A stretch of DNA of 64,000 nt, taken from the human T2T-CHM13v2.0 reference genome, Homo sapiens. This document shows positions 1 through 14,297 of the stretch, piece by piece (position 1 is the stretch's first letter; every line of letters begins with the position of its first letter). The position numbers and the translations under genes were made by a program. The stretch lies in the NCBI RefSeq assembly GCF_009914755.1, contig NC_060932.1. One strand, 5' to 3'. Under the pieces are notes generated by a model. That model did not search any database. It was not told the DNA's origin and was given only the letters and a program-made list of their open reading frames with translations.

Positions 1-225
<225 letters not shown>

Positions 226-229
226 CAAG

Positions 230-1680
230 GTGGAGAAATTGAATTAGTAATCAAAAGGCTACCCAAAAAGAAAAGCTCAGGCCCAGATATGTTTGCTACT
301 AAATCCTACCAACTATTTAAAGAATTAATACCAATTCTTCACACTATTTCAAAAAAAAAAAAAATAGAAGAGCAAGGAACATTTTCTAACTCATTTTGTG
401 AGGGCACTATTATACTGATACCAAAACTAGACAAAGACACCACGAGAAAAGGAAATTATAGACTAGTATCTCTTATGAATATGGACCAAAAAAACTTCCT
501 CACCAAAATGCCACCAAACTGAATCCAAAAACATTAAAAAATGAAAAGAATTATGTACCATAATCAAGTGGGATTTATCTCAGGAAAGAAAGGTTGGCTC
601 AACATCTGAAAATCCATTAATATAGCAAATGAATAAAAAAAATTATATAAGCATCTCAATATATGCAGAAAAAACATTTGGCAAAATCCAATACTCTTTC
701 ATGATAAAAACATTCAACAAAGTAGAAAAAGAAGGGAATTTCCTCAACCTAGTAATGGGTGTCTATGAAAATATCTCAGCTAACACAACATACTAAATGG
801 TTAAAGACTGAAAGCTTGCCTCCCAAGAGCAGGAACAAGACAAGGAAGCCTATTCTTGCCTCTTCTATTCAACACCGTGCAGATTTCAGCCACAGCAATT
901 AGACAAGAAAAGTAAAATGCATACAGAAAGGAAACAAAATGAAACTATCTCTATTTGCTGATAACATGATCTTTTGCATACAAAATATGAAGAAGTCCAC
1001 TAAAAACCTATGTTAGAACTAATAAAAGAGTTCAACACAGTTACAGGACACATCATGAATACACGAAAATCAATTGCGTTCTTACACACCAGCAAGGAAC
1101 AATCCAAAAGTGAAATTAAGAAAGCAATTCCAGTTACAATTACATCAAAATAATAAAATACTTAGGAATATGCTTAAAATGTTTAAATGATCTGAATAAC
1201 TGGAAAACTACTCCACTGTCATGAATCAGAAGACATAACATTATTAACATGGCAATACTCCCCAAACTGATCTACACATTCAATGAAACCCCTATCACAA
1301 TACCAGCTGATTCTTTGTAAAAATTGATGAGCTGACTCTAAGATGCATACAAAATAACAGGGGATTCAAGCCAAAATAATCTTGAAAAAGAAGATCAAAG
1401 TAAGAGAACTCACACTTGCCATTTCAAACTTACCACAAAGCAACAGTAATAAAACAGTGTGGTACTAGCACATCAATGGAATCAGTGGCATTAATCAATG
1501 ACAGATGAATGGAAAAGAACTAAGCGTCCAGAAATAAACCCATACATATAAGGTCAATTGATTTTCAAGAAGAGTGCCAAGACAATTCAATGGGGAAAAA
1601 ATAATCTTTTCAACAAATGGCTGTGTGACAACTGGAAAGCCACATGTAAGAAAATGAAGTTGGATCTTCACACCTGCCTC
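230..1680 (+). mobile_element. Old L1M ORF2 fragment (reverse transcriptase region)
   Basis: Degenerate ORF2 peptides (LIPKLDKDTTRKGNYRLVSLMN; [12 protein letters not shown]). Confidence 0.9.
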
Positions 1681-2614
1681 CCACCAAGGGAACTGCCACC
1701 CACACAACCACAAAACTGGGGACAGGATGCTGAACGCAGACTCTAGATCCACATTTGCCTCAATGCAGGGACCAGGACACCACTGCCAAGTCTGTTGACC
1801 TCAGAAACACACGACCTTAGCTCTGTGTATGGAAACACGAGGAACCATGTGGCCACAAAACCACCCTGTGACTGCCGGATCCACATAAGCCAAGGAGCTT
1901 GAAGCCCTCTCTCCACTACCAGTCACCTCAGTGCCTCAGTGGGGATGCAGCCTTTCCCTGGGAGACTGGGAAATGTCTATTTTTGCATTCCAGCTCTATA
2001 GGGGAAGGCCCACCCGAGAAGCAATGGGAACATGTGTTGAGTGTGCCAGTTTACCACCTCTCAGCCTCCTCCCACCCTGGTCCTCCAAGGAATGGCACCA
2101 ACAGGCAGGAGAGTTTTCTTTCACGGGGAGGGCTACTTTAAAATTAAGATTCTCACTTTCTCAAATGAAGGAATTGGATCATGATGGTATTTATCCTGCA
2201 AAAGACAATCAGGAAAAGTCATACAATTCAGACTTTATTCCAATTCAGCTAATATGTATGATTAAATATTCCATCAATACTGGAGACACAGGTCAGGCTT
2301 CAGGGCTCCACTCACCAGTTCTGTAACCTTGTGGGAATCCACACAGAGCCTCCTTGGCCTGAAGTTCACCAAAGAGAAGACGGCACTGATGTATGTTCTG
2401 TGCACAGCCAGAGATCCAAGTACAAGCACACTGATAGGTTCTCTTCCCCTCATTCTCAGTGTCTTTTCTGCTCTATCTTTTCTATGACTTTGTAACTGCT
2501 CACTTAGCAATCATTCAGACAGAAAAAAATGTAAAATTAGGAAATCTCTGATTAAAACTATGAGTATATACATTATGCATGTAAAGTGTTGTCTATATTA
2601 GCACACTGAAAGTA

Positions 2615-2839
2615 CAGTTTGAGTGCCCCTTATCTGAGATGCTTGGAACCAGAAGTATTTCAGATTTCAGATATTTTGGGATTTTGAAATATTTGCATTA
2701 TACCAGTTGAGCATCCCTAAACTGAAAATCCAAAATCCAAAATGCTCCAATGGGCATTTTTGTCGATCATCATGTCAGCATTCAAAAAGTTTTGAATTTT
2801 GGAGCATTTCACATTTTTAGATTAGAGATGCTCAACCTG
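2615..2839. mobile_element. Tigger4a/MER46-type MITE (TcMar-Tigger)
   Basis: TIRs CAGTTTGAG.../...CTCAACCTG with TA on both sides; ~225 bp. Confidence 0.8.
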
Positions 2840-3549
2840 TACTATCAAAATAAATGACATTCTAGTTGGCACAACCCACTGATGTCAGGAAGAGGATTGG
2901 GCAGCCTCTAACATTACTACTTACTGACAATTAATTGTTAAGTTATAATCAAGACAATGCATAAGAGAGAAATAAAAGTTACAGTTACTGGAAAGGAAAA
3001 TATAATTTTTATCACTATATAATTAAATAAGTATGTGCTAAATATATAAACTGAATTATAGATTATATAATTACTTTTAGACAATGACTACATAACTAGA
3101 AAATGGGAGAGCATCAAAGAACGATTAGACCTAACAAAAAATGGCTGAATATAAAAGAAATAAAAAATAAATGGCTTTATTACAGTTAGACAATAGAAAA
3201 AGAAATGCCATTCACAAGAACCATAGTTAAAATGTCCAAAAGAACAAGTTACAAGTTTCCTTAAAAATTACATTAAAAACAAGATTTGAATAAATAAAGA
3301 GAAAAATCATACCTGAATGCCTGAATGGATGGCTGAACATTAAAAAAATATATAATTTATCCTCAAAGTACTACACTGGTCCGGTAGAGCAGTTCCTAAA
3401 TGTGGTGGTGTGAATGGAGAAGAAAACATACAGGTCTCAGGAGGTTCACATCTAACCTATTCCCTTGTCATAAAATCTCCCCAGAGTGAGCTACTATCAC
3501 TATTGGGACTATGGCGTGTCCCTCAGGAATGTGGAATACAAATAAAACA

Positions 3550-5535
3550 TTCAAGAGAATGAGAGGAAAAGCCATAGACTTGGAGAAAATATTTGGAAAA
3601 GGCACATCTGATAAAGGATTGTTGTCCAAAATATACAAGGAACTCTTAAAACCCAACAATAAGAAAACAGCCCTATAAAAAATGAGCAAAAGACTTTAAC
3701 AGACACTTCACCAAAGACATGGAGATGGTAAATAAGCATCTGAAAAGATGCTCCACAACATCTGTCATCAGGGAAATGCAAATTAAGACAGCAACAAGAC
3801 ACTGCCACACACCTATCAGAACTGACAAAACCCAGACCCCCACCACCAGATGCTGGCAAGGACATGGAGCAGCAGGAACTCTCGTTCACTGCTGGTGGGA
3901 AAATGGTGCAGCCATTTCAGAAGACAGTTTGGCAGTTTCTTATAAAACTAAACACTCTCACCATGCAAGCCGGCAATCACGGTTCTGTTTATCCAAATGA
4001 CTTGAAACCAAATGACTTGAAAACTTATGTCCACAAAAAAACTTACATATGGATGTTTATGGCAGCTTTATTCGGAAATGCTAGAACTTGGAAGCAACCA
4101 AGATGCCCTTCAGCAGGTGAATGGATAAGCTGGTACATCCAGATGATAGAATACTATTCAGTGCTAAAAAGAAATGCACTATCAAGCCATGAAAAGACAT
4201 GAAGGAATCTTAAATGTATAAACCAACTAAAATTCTAAGGCTCCTGATGCACTGAATGGACTCTGCTCTTGGAGGAACCAGAAAAACTAGTTCAGGCCGT
4301 GATGGGAAGGAGGAAGTCAGACATGCCTCATTATACTTTCCTCCCTTTGGCGCTCAGGCAAAACTGAAGAGCATTAACATTAAAACAGAGACCTTAAGAC
4401 TGACAGAAGGGACTCTTTGCATCAGTGAGATACCAAATTCCAACCTAACTCTGGTACAGCATCACATGACAGCAGGCCCTAAAGGAAATAAAAATATTTT
4501 ACCCCAAAATATATTTCACATATTTTGGAATGGCCCTGCCCAGCTGTCTCTTGTGGGGAGAATTTACATTCTATGGGGCATCCCCATCCCTTCCCAGGTC
4601 TTTTCCTGAACAAGGAGAGATTAAACGAAGCATCTGACACCGTTTAAGGTCTGCTAAGAGACATTTACCATCTATTCTCTCTGAAGCCTCTACCTGGAAG
4701 CTTCAAGAACCTGGGCTTCCACAACCTCCTTTATCTTAACCCCAAGCATTCCATTCCTTTCTGACTTCAGGCAGAGCTTAACCCTTCCAACCAGCTGCCA
4801 ATCAGGAAATCTTTAAATCCACCTACAACCTGGAAGCCCCCACTTCAAGATGTCCAGCCTTTCCAGGCCAAACCAATATATACCTTACATGTATTGATTT
4901 AAAACTGTAACTTTTGTCCCCCTAAAATGTAGAAAATCAGGCTGTAGCCCAACAACCTTGGGTACATGTTCTCAAGATCACCTGAGGCTATACAGCAAAA
5001 TTGTCATTGTGTCTCAGAATAAATCTATTCAAATATTTTACAGAGTTTGGATTTTTCTGCCAACAAATACATCTTACTAAGTGAAAGAAGCCAATCTGAA
5101 AAGGCTACACACTGTGTAATTACAACCAAATGACATTCTGGAAAACACAAAACTATGGAGACAGTAAAAAGATCCGTGGTTGCAAAGGGTTCAGGGGAGG
5201 GAGGGATGAAAAGGTGGAGCACAGTGGAATTTTAAATCTTATGGCAGTGGAACCACCAGGCCTGATGCTACACTGGTGGACACGTGCCACCGTACACTCA
5301 TCCAGACTCACAGAACAGACAACACCCAGCGTAAACACTAATGTCAACTATGGACTTTGGCTAACAATGATGCATCAATGTATGTTCGTCAATTTTAACA
5401 AAGGCACCGCTCTGGAGAGGGATGTTGGTAGCAGGGAAGGTAGGGAAGGTAGGGAAGGTAGGGGCCAGGAGGCACCTAAGAACTCTGTGCCTTCCCTTCA
5501 ATTTTGCTGTGAACTTGAAACTGCTATAAAAAAGA
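3550..5535 (+). mobile_element. L1MC-like 3' end, interrupted by an LTR
   Basis: ORF2 C-terminal peptides (NKHLKRCSTTSVIREMQIK; WKQPRCPS) and 3' UTR; sequence resumes after the LTR. Confidence 0.85.
4215..5065 (+). mobile_element. ERV1 solo LTR, MER4D/MER49-like
   Basis: TG...CA ends, AATAAA near the 3' end, similar to 57194-58015. Confidence 0.8.
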
Positions 5536-6099
5536 GTCTATTGAAAAAGAGAAGATGACAACAATAACTGGCTCAATAACACACACAACAAAGCCAACAG
5601 GCATGGGTACACATAAGTCTAATAAAAGGTAACCTGTGCTACCAGTTATTAAATGTATTAGAAAACTTCACTAAGACAACTGTAGAAATGGAATAAAAGT
5701 ATATAAAAGAACAAAGAAAACAGATGGAAAACCCAACAAACCCATGTATATAGAGATTTTAGTATACAGTAAGAGGTGCATGACAAAAAAGGAAAAAGAA
5801 CAAAAGTCTAGGAAAGCTGAGTAACTATTTTGAGAGAAAAGGATCTTTTTTTCACAGCAAAGTAACTTCGACACAGTTAAAGAGTTATTCCTTTTAAATG
5901 AAGCCATAAAGGAACTAAAAGAATCTGATCTCAGGGAAAGAAATTCCTTTCTAAGCCTTAGGGCAAATGAAAAAAAATTGAAAAAGTAAATAGATTCCAC
6001 CATTTTTTTTTTTAGCTTAAAAGGTCATTTACATAAATATCTTAATAGAAAGTCTAATTTGAAATTCATACAAATTTATTAACAAATCAAATACTGGAG

Positions 6100-6680
6100 T
6101 ATGGTATAAAAAACTCAATGTTTAGTCTTTATCCTTGGTTCCTGACACAGAGTTCCTGAAAGTATTGGAATTTACTGCCTTTCGTACACTAATGAGATGA
6201 CTGACAGGAGGCTGGTAGAGCTTCAGGATGGAGTCTGTCACCAGAAATGCCAACACCTTGATTTCAGGACTAGAACTTTCAGCCCCACACCCACCTCCTC
6301 CTCTGACCTCCAAAGAGAGGAGGGCTAGAGATTGAATCCAATCACCAATGGCCAAAGATTTAATCAGTCATGCCTAGGGAATGAAACCTCCATTTAAAAA
6401 GCTAAATGACAGAGTTCGGGAGCTTCCAGGTTAGTGAACCCATCCATGTGCTGAGAGCATGCATGTTGAGAGGGATGGACGCTGTGTGCCCTCCCCATGC
6501 CTTCCCCTTTGCTATCTCTCTTCTGTTGAGCTGTTCCTCCGCTGTATCCTTTCAAGTGACCAGCAATCCTGAAAAATGAGCTTTCTGGAGTTCTGTAAAC
6601 TATTGGACATGACAGAGAGTCATGGGAAACCCCCACTTTAGAGTCAGCTGAGTAGAAGCAAGGGTAGCCTGGATACCTAT
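6100..6680 (+). mobile_element. MER21-type LTR, 5' part
   Basis: Resembles recalled MER21C consensus (GATTGAATCCAATCACCAATGGCCAAAGATTTAATCAGTCATGCC). Confidence 0.7.
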
Positions 6681-6869
6681 GACATCAACTCTACCATCTT
6701 AACTACCTTCAAGTATAGAGTTCAATTGCGTTAAGTACATGCAAACTGTTGTACAACAGATCTCTAAAACTTTTTCATCTTGTAAAACTCTATATACAGA
6801 CTGAAAAACCCCCCTCTCCCCCACCCTCAGCCCCTCGTGACCACCATTCTGCTTTCTCTAAGAGTTTGC

Positions 6870-7404
6870 TGTAACCCTCAAAGGGTTGGGTTGCTCACTG
6901 CTTGTAAAAAGAACCCAAAATAATAATGAGGTGTGACTAAAAGAGAGTGAAAAAATCTACTCTTCAATTTGTGGAGGGAACGTACTTTTTAAAGACAGGG
7001 TTTGGAATGCAGAAGAGGCAGTGGGGCGAGGCATTGTCAAGTGGTATGTGACCCACTCTGATGGCTCATCTTGAATTATTGTTCCACCTGGTGAAGGGGC
7101 TGGCGCCACTGTGGCCAGAGGTGTCTGATCCGAATCAGCATCTGGCCCCTGAAGCTTCTAAGGAAATATATGACCAGATAAGTGGGCAATTTATGTGCTT
7201 TACCGGCATCCAGCTAAATAAATGCGTGTAAGGCACAGAATGGGAAAGAAAGGGAATGGAGGTCACAGCACGTTCAGAAGCTGTATTTCAAAATGAAAGG
7301 AAACACATAGGCAGTTTTGTTTCAAAGTTATATCCTGTGGTTGGGGAGAAAAGTGGAAAGAAAACATTTTAAAACACGGTTTGAAGCCAAGCTGCTCAGT
7401 TACA
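6870..7404. mobile_element. Solo LTR (probably ERV1, subfamily uncertain) inserted in an L1 3' UTR
   Basis: TGTAAC...GTTACA inverted ends; imperfect TG(A)C target duplication; L1 sequence resumes after it. Confidence 0.7.
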
Positions 7405-8360
7405 TGACTACTTTCAATACCTCATGTAAGTAGAACCACGCATTAGTTGTTTTTTTGTGCCTCGCTTATTTCATGAAGCATAATATTCTCAAGTTCATCC
7501 ATATACTAGCATATTATCAGATTTCCTTCTTTTCTAAGGCTGAATAATATTCCATTGAACATATGTACTATATTTTCCTTATCTATTAATCCATCCACAG
7601 ACATGGAGGCTGCTTCTCCTCTTATTATAAGTGGTGCTGTAATGAACATGGGTGTGCAAATCTCTTTGAGATCCTGTTTTCCTTTCTTTGGGATATATAC
7701 ACAGAAGTGGGATGGCTGAAACATATAATTCTATTTTTAACTTTTTGATAAATCTCTATACAGTTTTCCACAGCAGCTAAATCATTGTTACAAGATTGCC
7801 AACAGTGCACAGGTGTTCCAATCTCCCCGCATCCTTGGTTACACTGGTTATTTTGCTTTTTTGATTGTAGCCATACTAATGGTTGTGAGGTGACATCTCA
7901 TCATGGTTTTGATTTGTATTTCCCTGATGATTAGCAACGTTGAACATCTTTTCATATGCTTATAGGTCATTTGTGTATCTTCTGTGCACCAACGTCTACT
8001 CAAGTCCATTGCCCATTTTTTAATCAGGTTTTTTGTTGTTGTTTGGTCATAGGAGTTCTTTAAATATTTTGGATATTCACCCCTTATTAGAGATATGGCT
8101 GAGAAATATTTATCCCATTCCAAACGTTACATTTTTACTTTCTTGTTTCCTTTGTTACATGTAAGTCTTAAATTTTGATATGCTTCAATTTGTCTATTTT
8201 TGCTTTTTCCTGTGTTTTGGTGTCATATCCAAGAAATCATTGCCAAATCCAATGCCCTGAACCTTTTCTCCCGTTTTCTTCTAGGAGTTTTATAATTTCT
8301 GATTTAGGTCTTTAATCTATTTTGAATTAATTTTTGTACAGGTGTTAAAGATCCAACTTT

Positions 8361-8734
<374 letters not shown>

Positions 8735-9526
8735 CTATCTTTTCTCCATTGTGTAATCCAAGCAGCCCTGTTTAAGATCATGTGACCATATACATGAGGG
8801 CTTATTTCTCTCTACTCTGTTCCATTGTTCTATATGTCCGTGTTTATGCCAATATCATACTGCTTTCATTACTGTACTTGTATAATTTGTTTTCAAGTTG
8901 GAAAGTGTGAGGCTTCCAGTTTTTGTTTTTGTTTTTTTCTTTCTCAAGATTGTTTTAGCTATTCAGGTCATTTGAGATTCTATATGAACTTTAGAATTTC
9001 TTTTCTACTTCAGCAAAAAAAATGCCAATGAGATTTGCATTGAACCAATGGATTGCTGTGGGTAATATGGACATTTTAACAATATAAGTCTTCCAAACCA
9101 TCAACACGGGCTGTCTATTTATGTCTTATTTAATAACTTTCAGCAATGTTTTATATTTTTTCAGTCTTTCACCTCCTTCATTATTTCTAAGTACCTTTTT
9201 TCTTGATGCTATTATAAGTGTTTTATTAATTGTTTTCTTAATTTCCTTTTGGGATTTTTCATTATTAGTGTAAAAATGTGCCTGACTTTTCATGTTGATA
9301 TTGTATCCTGCAACCTTGCTGAATTTGTTCATGAGCTGTAACATTTTTTGTGTGTTTGGGATCTTTAGGGTTCTCTACATACAAGGTCAGACAGTCCCCT
9401 ATTTACATTGTGCTACTATGTCTCCCTTCAATCCTCTAAACGTTTATGTCACACATTTGAGCACTCTGCTGTCAGATGCAGATATAACCGTTATATCTTC
9501 CTGGTGAACTGGCCCCTTTGTCATTA

Positions 9527-10012
9527 TGGAACAGGAATTAAAAGAAATTAAAGACTGTGTAAGCAAAAACTCAGTTGTATGTAAGAAAACCCAATTCCCC
9601 TTGAGGAAGAGAAAGGGCTGGAGTCCTTTAAAATTAACTGCCTGTTTTTCTCTCTGTGGCTAGTGAGACTCATCTCTCCCTTTGCCATGCATTGTGAAGA
9701 CTCTGTTTCTCTAGCTGTGCAGCTCTAAGGTCACTAGACAGATAATCTCAAGTCGTAAAACATGTTGTTCCTTGAAAAGTAAGAAATAATGTAATGCATG
9801 TCTTAATTAAATAACTGTCTTTGTTTCTCGCTTCTGTAATATGCTTTGCCCCGCACAGATCTCCCTCCGCCCCATGAAATGCTTAAAAGGTAGCTTGACT
9901 CTTTGTTTGGGGCTCAGTCCTTTGGATGTTAATCCGACTGACTCGGTGCACCTAAATAATTAAATAATTCCTCCTCAACCCCTGCGTCTGATTCCTCAAT
10001 TATCCCACAGCA
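9527..10012 (+). mobile_element. ERV1 solo LTR, LTR15-like
   Basis: TG...CA, 486 bp, perfect ATTA TSD (9523-9526, 10013-10016). Confidence 0.8.
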
Positions 10013-13000
10013 ATTACATAGTCCTTCTTTGTGTTTTGTGACAGTTTTTGACTTTTATCCGATATAAGTAGGCCACTCCTACTCCCTTTTAGTAGAGAAC
10101 ATGGAATATCTCTTGCATGCAATCTTTTTCCATATTTTCAGCTTACGTGTATCCTTATATCTAAAGTGAGTATCTTGTAGGTGGCATGTGATTGGATCTT
10201 TTTTTAATCGATTAAACCACACGTAGTTTTGGTTGGGGAGTTTAATCCATTTACATGGAAAGTAATTACTGATAGGGTAGGACTTACTATTGCCACTTTG
10301 TTAATTATGTTCTGTAAGTCTTGTAGTAATTTTGACCCTCTTTTCCTCTCTTGCTGACTTCCTTTAATATTTTGTAGTGAAATGTTTTTATTCCTTTTTC
10401 TTTTGTGTATCCCCTAGGCATTTTCTTTCTGGTTATCATAGGGATTACATAAAACATCTTATAGTTATAATAATCTATTTTAAACTGATAATTTAACTTA
10501 ACCCCGCACATAAATGTATTACTTTATGTCTCCCCTTCATGCTATTCCTATCACAAATTAATTTTTTCGGGGGGAATGGAGGTGGAGTAAGATGGCTGAA
10601 TGGAAGCCTCCACCAATCATCCTCCCTGAAGGAACACCAAATTTAACAACTATCTACACAAAAATCACCTTTATAAGAACTAAAAATCAGCTTGGGTACC
10701 AGCTCAGCCACAGTAGGGTATAGCAGCAGTCAAGCTCCTGGGGTCCCTGATTCCAGGCCTTCCTACTTGGATGGCATTTCTGGACTTGCCCTGGGCCAAA
10801 GGGGAACCCACTGCCCTGAAGGATATGTCCTAGGCCTTGCAGCATTCACGAGCTGACTAAAGAGCCCTTGGGCCTTGAGTTAACATCGGCAATAGCCTGG
10901 CAATACTCTCCGAGGGCCTGGGGCAGTGGTAGCCAAGGGGAGAGGCTCCTCTGCTTGTGGAAAGGGGAGGGAAGAGTGGGAAGGACTTTGTCTAGTGGCT
11001 GGAGTGCCAGCTAGGCTGCAGTAGAATAGAGCACCAGGTTGATTCCTGAGGTTTCTGACTCCAGGCCCTGGCTCCTGGACAGCATCCCTAGATACATCCA
11101 GGGACCAGGGGGAACTCATTGTCCTGAAAGGAAGGATATAAGCCTGGCTGACTTCACCACCTGCTGATTGTAGAGCCCTAGGGCCTTTAGCGAACAAAAG
11201 TGGTAGCCAGGCAGTGGTTATAGCAGGGCCTTGAGCGAGATCCACAGCTGTCCTAGCTTCTGGTCTGAATCAGCACAGTCCCAGGGCAGTGGCCACAAGA
11301 GTGCTTGTGTCACCCCTCTCCCAGTTCCCAGCAGTTCAGCACAGACAGACTCCATTTGTTCGGGAGAAAGTAAGAGAAAACAACAAGAGTTTCTGCCTGG
11401 TAATCCTGGGAATTATCCTGGATCTTAACCAAAACCAAGTTGGTATGTCTACAGGTCTGCAAGAGTCACAGCATTACTGGGCTTGGGGTGCCCCTAATAC
11501 AGTGACGAAAAACTTAGATCACAACACCCAAGTCCCTATGAATACTTGGAAAGCTTTCCCAAGAAGGATGGGTACAAACAAGCCCAAACTGCATATACTA
11601 CAATAAATTACTAACTCTTCAATGCCCAGACACACACGAACATCCACAAGAATCAAGATCATCCAGGAAAACATAACCTCACCAAACAAACTAAAGGCCT
11701 CAGAAACAGAGATATGTGACCTTTCACAGAGAGAATTCAAAATAACTACTTTGAGGAAACTCAACAAAATTCAAGATGACACAGAGAAGGAATTCAGAAT
11801 CCTATCAGATAAATTTGACCAGGAGATTGAAATAAGTGTTCTTACATCAAGCTTTTAAAACATCAAGCAGAAATTCTGAAAAATTTACAAGCTAAAAAAT
11901 TAAACTGACATATGAAGAATGCATCAGTCTCAAAAGTAGAATTGATGAGGCAGAAGAAAGAATTAGTGATCTTGAAGACAGGCTATTGAAAATACACAGT
12001 CAGAGGAGACATGAGACAAAAGAATAAAAAACAATGAGGCTTGCTTACAGGATCTAGAAAATAGCCTCAAAAAGGCAAAGCTAGGAGTTATTGGCCTTAA
12101 ACAAGAAGTAGAGAACGAGAGAGAGGGGTAGAAAGTTTATTCAAAGGGAGAGTAACAGAGAACTTCTCAATCCTAGAGAAAGACATCTATATTCAAGTAC
12201 AAGAAGATTATAGAACACCAAGCAGATTTAACCCAAACAAGACTACTTCAAGGCTTTTACTAATCAAACTCCTAAAGACCAAAGATAAAGAAAGGATTCT
12301 AAAGTCGGCAAGAGAAAAGAAACAGATAGCATACAATGGAGCTCCGATAGGTCTGGCAGCAGGCTTTTCAGTGGAAACCTTACAGGTCAAGAGAGACAGC
12401 GGCATGACATAATTAAAGTGCTGAAGGAAAAACATTTTTACCCTAGATTATCTGGCAAAAATGTCCTTCAAGCATGAAGGAGAAAGATCTTCCCAGACAA
12501 ACAAAAGCTGAGGATTTTCACCAACACCAGATCTGTCCTACAAGAAATGTTAAAGGGAATTCTTCAATTTGAAAGAAAAGGATGTTAATTAGAAAGAAGA
12601 AATTATCTGAAGGTACAAAACTTACTGGTAATACTAAGTACATAGAAAAACAGAATATTATAACACTGTATTATACTGTTAAAGTACTCATATCTTATGT
12701 AGTTTATTCTTTAAATGACAAACCAATTAAAAATAACTTCTTAAGATGTAATACAATAAGATATACATGGAAACAACAAAGAGAAATCAGGGGGATGAAG
12801 TGGAACTGTAGAGTTTTTACTAGTTTTTGCTCGTTTTTTAATGCAATAAGTGTTAAATTGTCATCAGTTTACAATAATGGGTTATATTATTTGCAAGCCT
12901 CATGGTAACCTCAAATCAAAAAACATACAACGGATACACAAAAAATAAAAAGAAATTAAAACATACCACAAGAGAAAATCACCGACGGGAAGGAAGGAAA

Positions 13001-13392
13001 GAAGACAAGACCGCAGAACAACCAGAAAACAAATAAGAAAATGGCAGGAGTAAGTCATTATTTATCAATAACACTGAATGTAAATGGACGAAACTCTCCA
13101 ATCAGTTTGAGTACAATTGCTATTAGTATTTCTTTAAATGTTAGGTGGAATTCAGCAGTGAAGCCATTGGGTCCTGGGCTTTTCTCTGCTGGAAGTCTTT
13201 TTATTCTGGCTTTGATCTTATTGTTATTGGTCTGTTCAGGTTTTGGATTTCTTCATGGTTCAAACTTCACAGGTTGTATGTATTTCTTCTAGATTTTCCA
13301 ATTTATTGGCATATAGTTGCACAATATGCCTTTATTGTGCCTTTAGTGAGTAGCCTTTAGTGAGCCTTTGAATTTCTGCAGTATTTGTTGTA

Positions 13393-13540
13393 GCCATGCC
13401 CAGCTTATTTTTGTATTTTTAGTAGAGACAGGGTTTCGCTAGGTTGGCCAGGCTGGTCTTGAACTACTGGCCTCCAGTGATCTGCCCACCTCAGCCTATC
13501 AAAGTGCTAGAATTACAGATGTGAGCCACCATGCCCAGAC
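13393..13540 (-). mobile_element. 3'-truncated Alu (left arm and linker) inside the L1 inversion
   Basis: Reverse-complement Alu 5' half, almost no right arm, no poly-A. Confidence 0.88.
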
Positions 13541-14215
13541 TCTAGTTCTTTAAAATGCACCACTGGGTTGTCAGTATGATACTAGCTATGAATCTGTTGC
13601 ATATGGCTATTATTATGTGGAGTTATGTTCCTTCTATACAGTTTTTTGAGCGTTCTTATTATGAAGAGATGTTGAATTTTATCAAGTGCTTTTTCAGCAT
13701 CAATCGAAATTATCGTATGGGTTTTGTCCTTCATTGTGTTGATATGATGTATCACGTTGGTTGATTTGCATATACTGAACCATCCTCACATCCCTGGGAT
13801 AAAAAGATCATAATTATCTTTTTAGTATGTTGTAGAATTTGGTTTGCCAGTATTTAATTGAGAATTTTTACATCTATGTTCATCATATTGGCCTGTGGTT
13901 TTCTCTTTTTGGTATGTCTTAGTCTGGTTTTATATGAGGGCAATACTAGCCTTGTAGAATAGCTTTGGACTTATTCCCTTCTCCTCTATTTTTCATACTG
14001 AAGGGAAAAATGAAATCCTTTCCTCTCAGATCTGGAACATGACAAGGATGCCCACTTTTACCACTGTTATTCAACATAGTACTGGAAGTCCTAGCTAGAG
14101 CAATCAGACACCAGAAAAAAATAAAAGACATTCAAACTAGAAAGGAAGAAATCAAACAATCCTTGTTTGCAGACATGATCTTATACTTGGAAAAACCTAA
14201 AGACTCAACCAAATA

Positions 14216-14297
14216 GGGCAGGCACAGTGACTCATGTCTGTAATCCCAGCATTTTGGGAGGCTGAGATGGGAGGATGGCTTGAGGCCCAGAGTTAGA
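14216..14297 (+). mobile_element. Short Alu/FLAM 5' fragment
   Basis: ~80 bp Alu left-arm start between duplicated AGACTC(A/C)ACCAAA. Confidence 0.8.
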
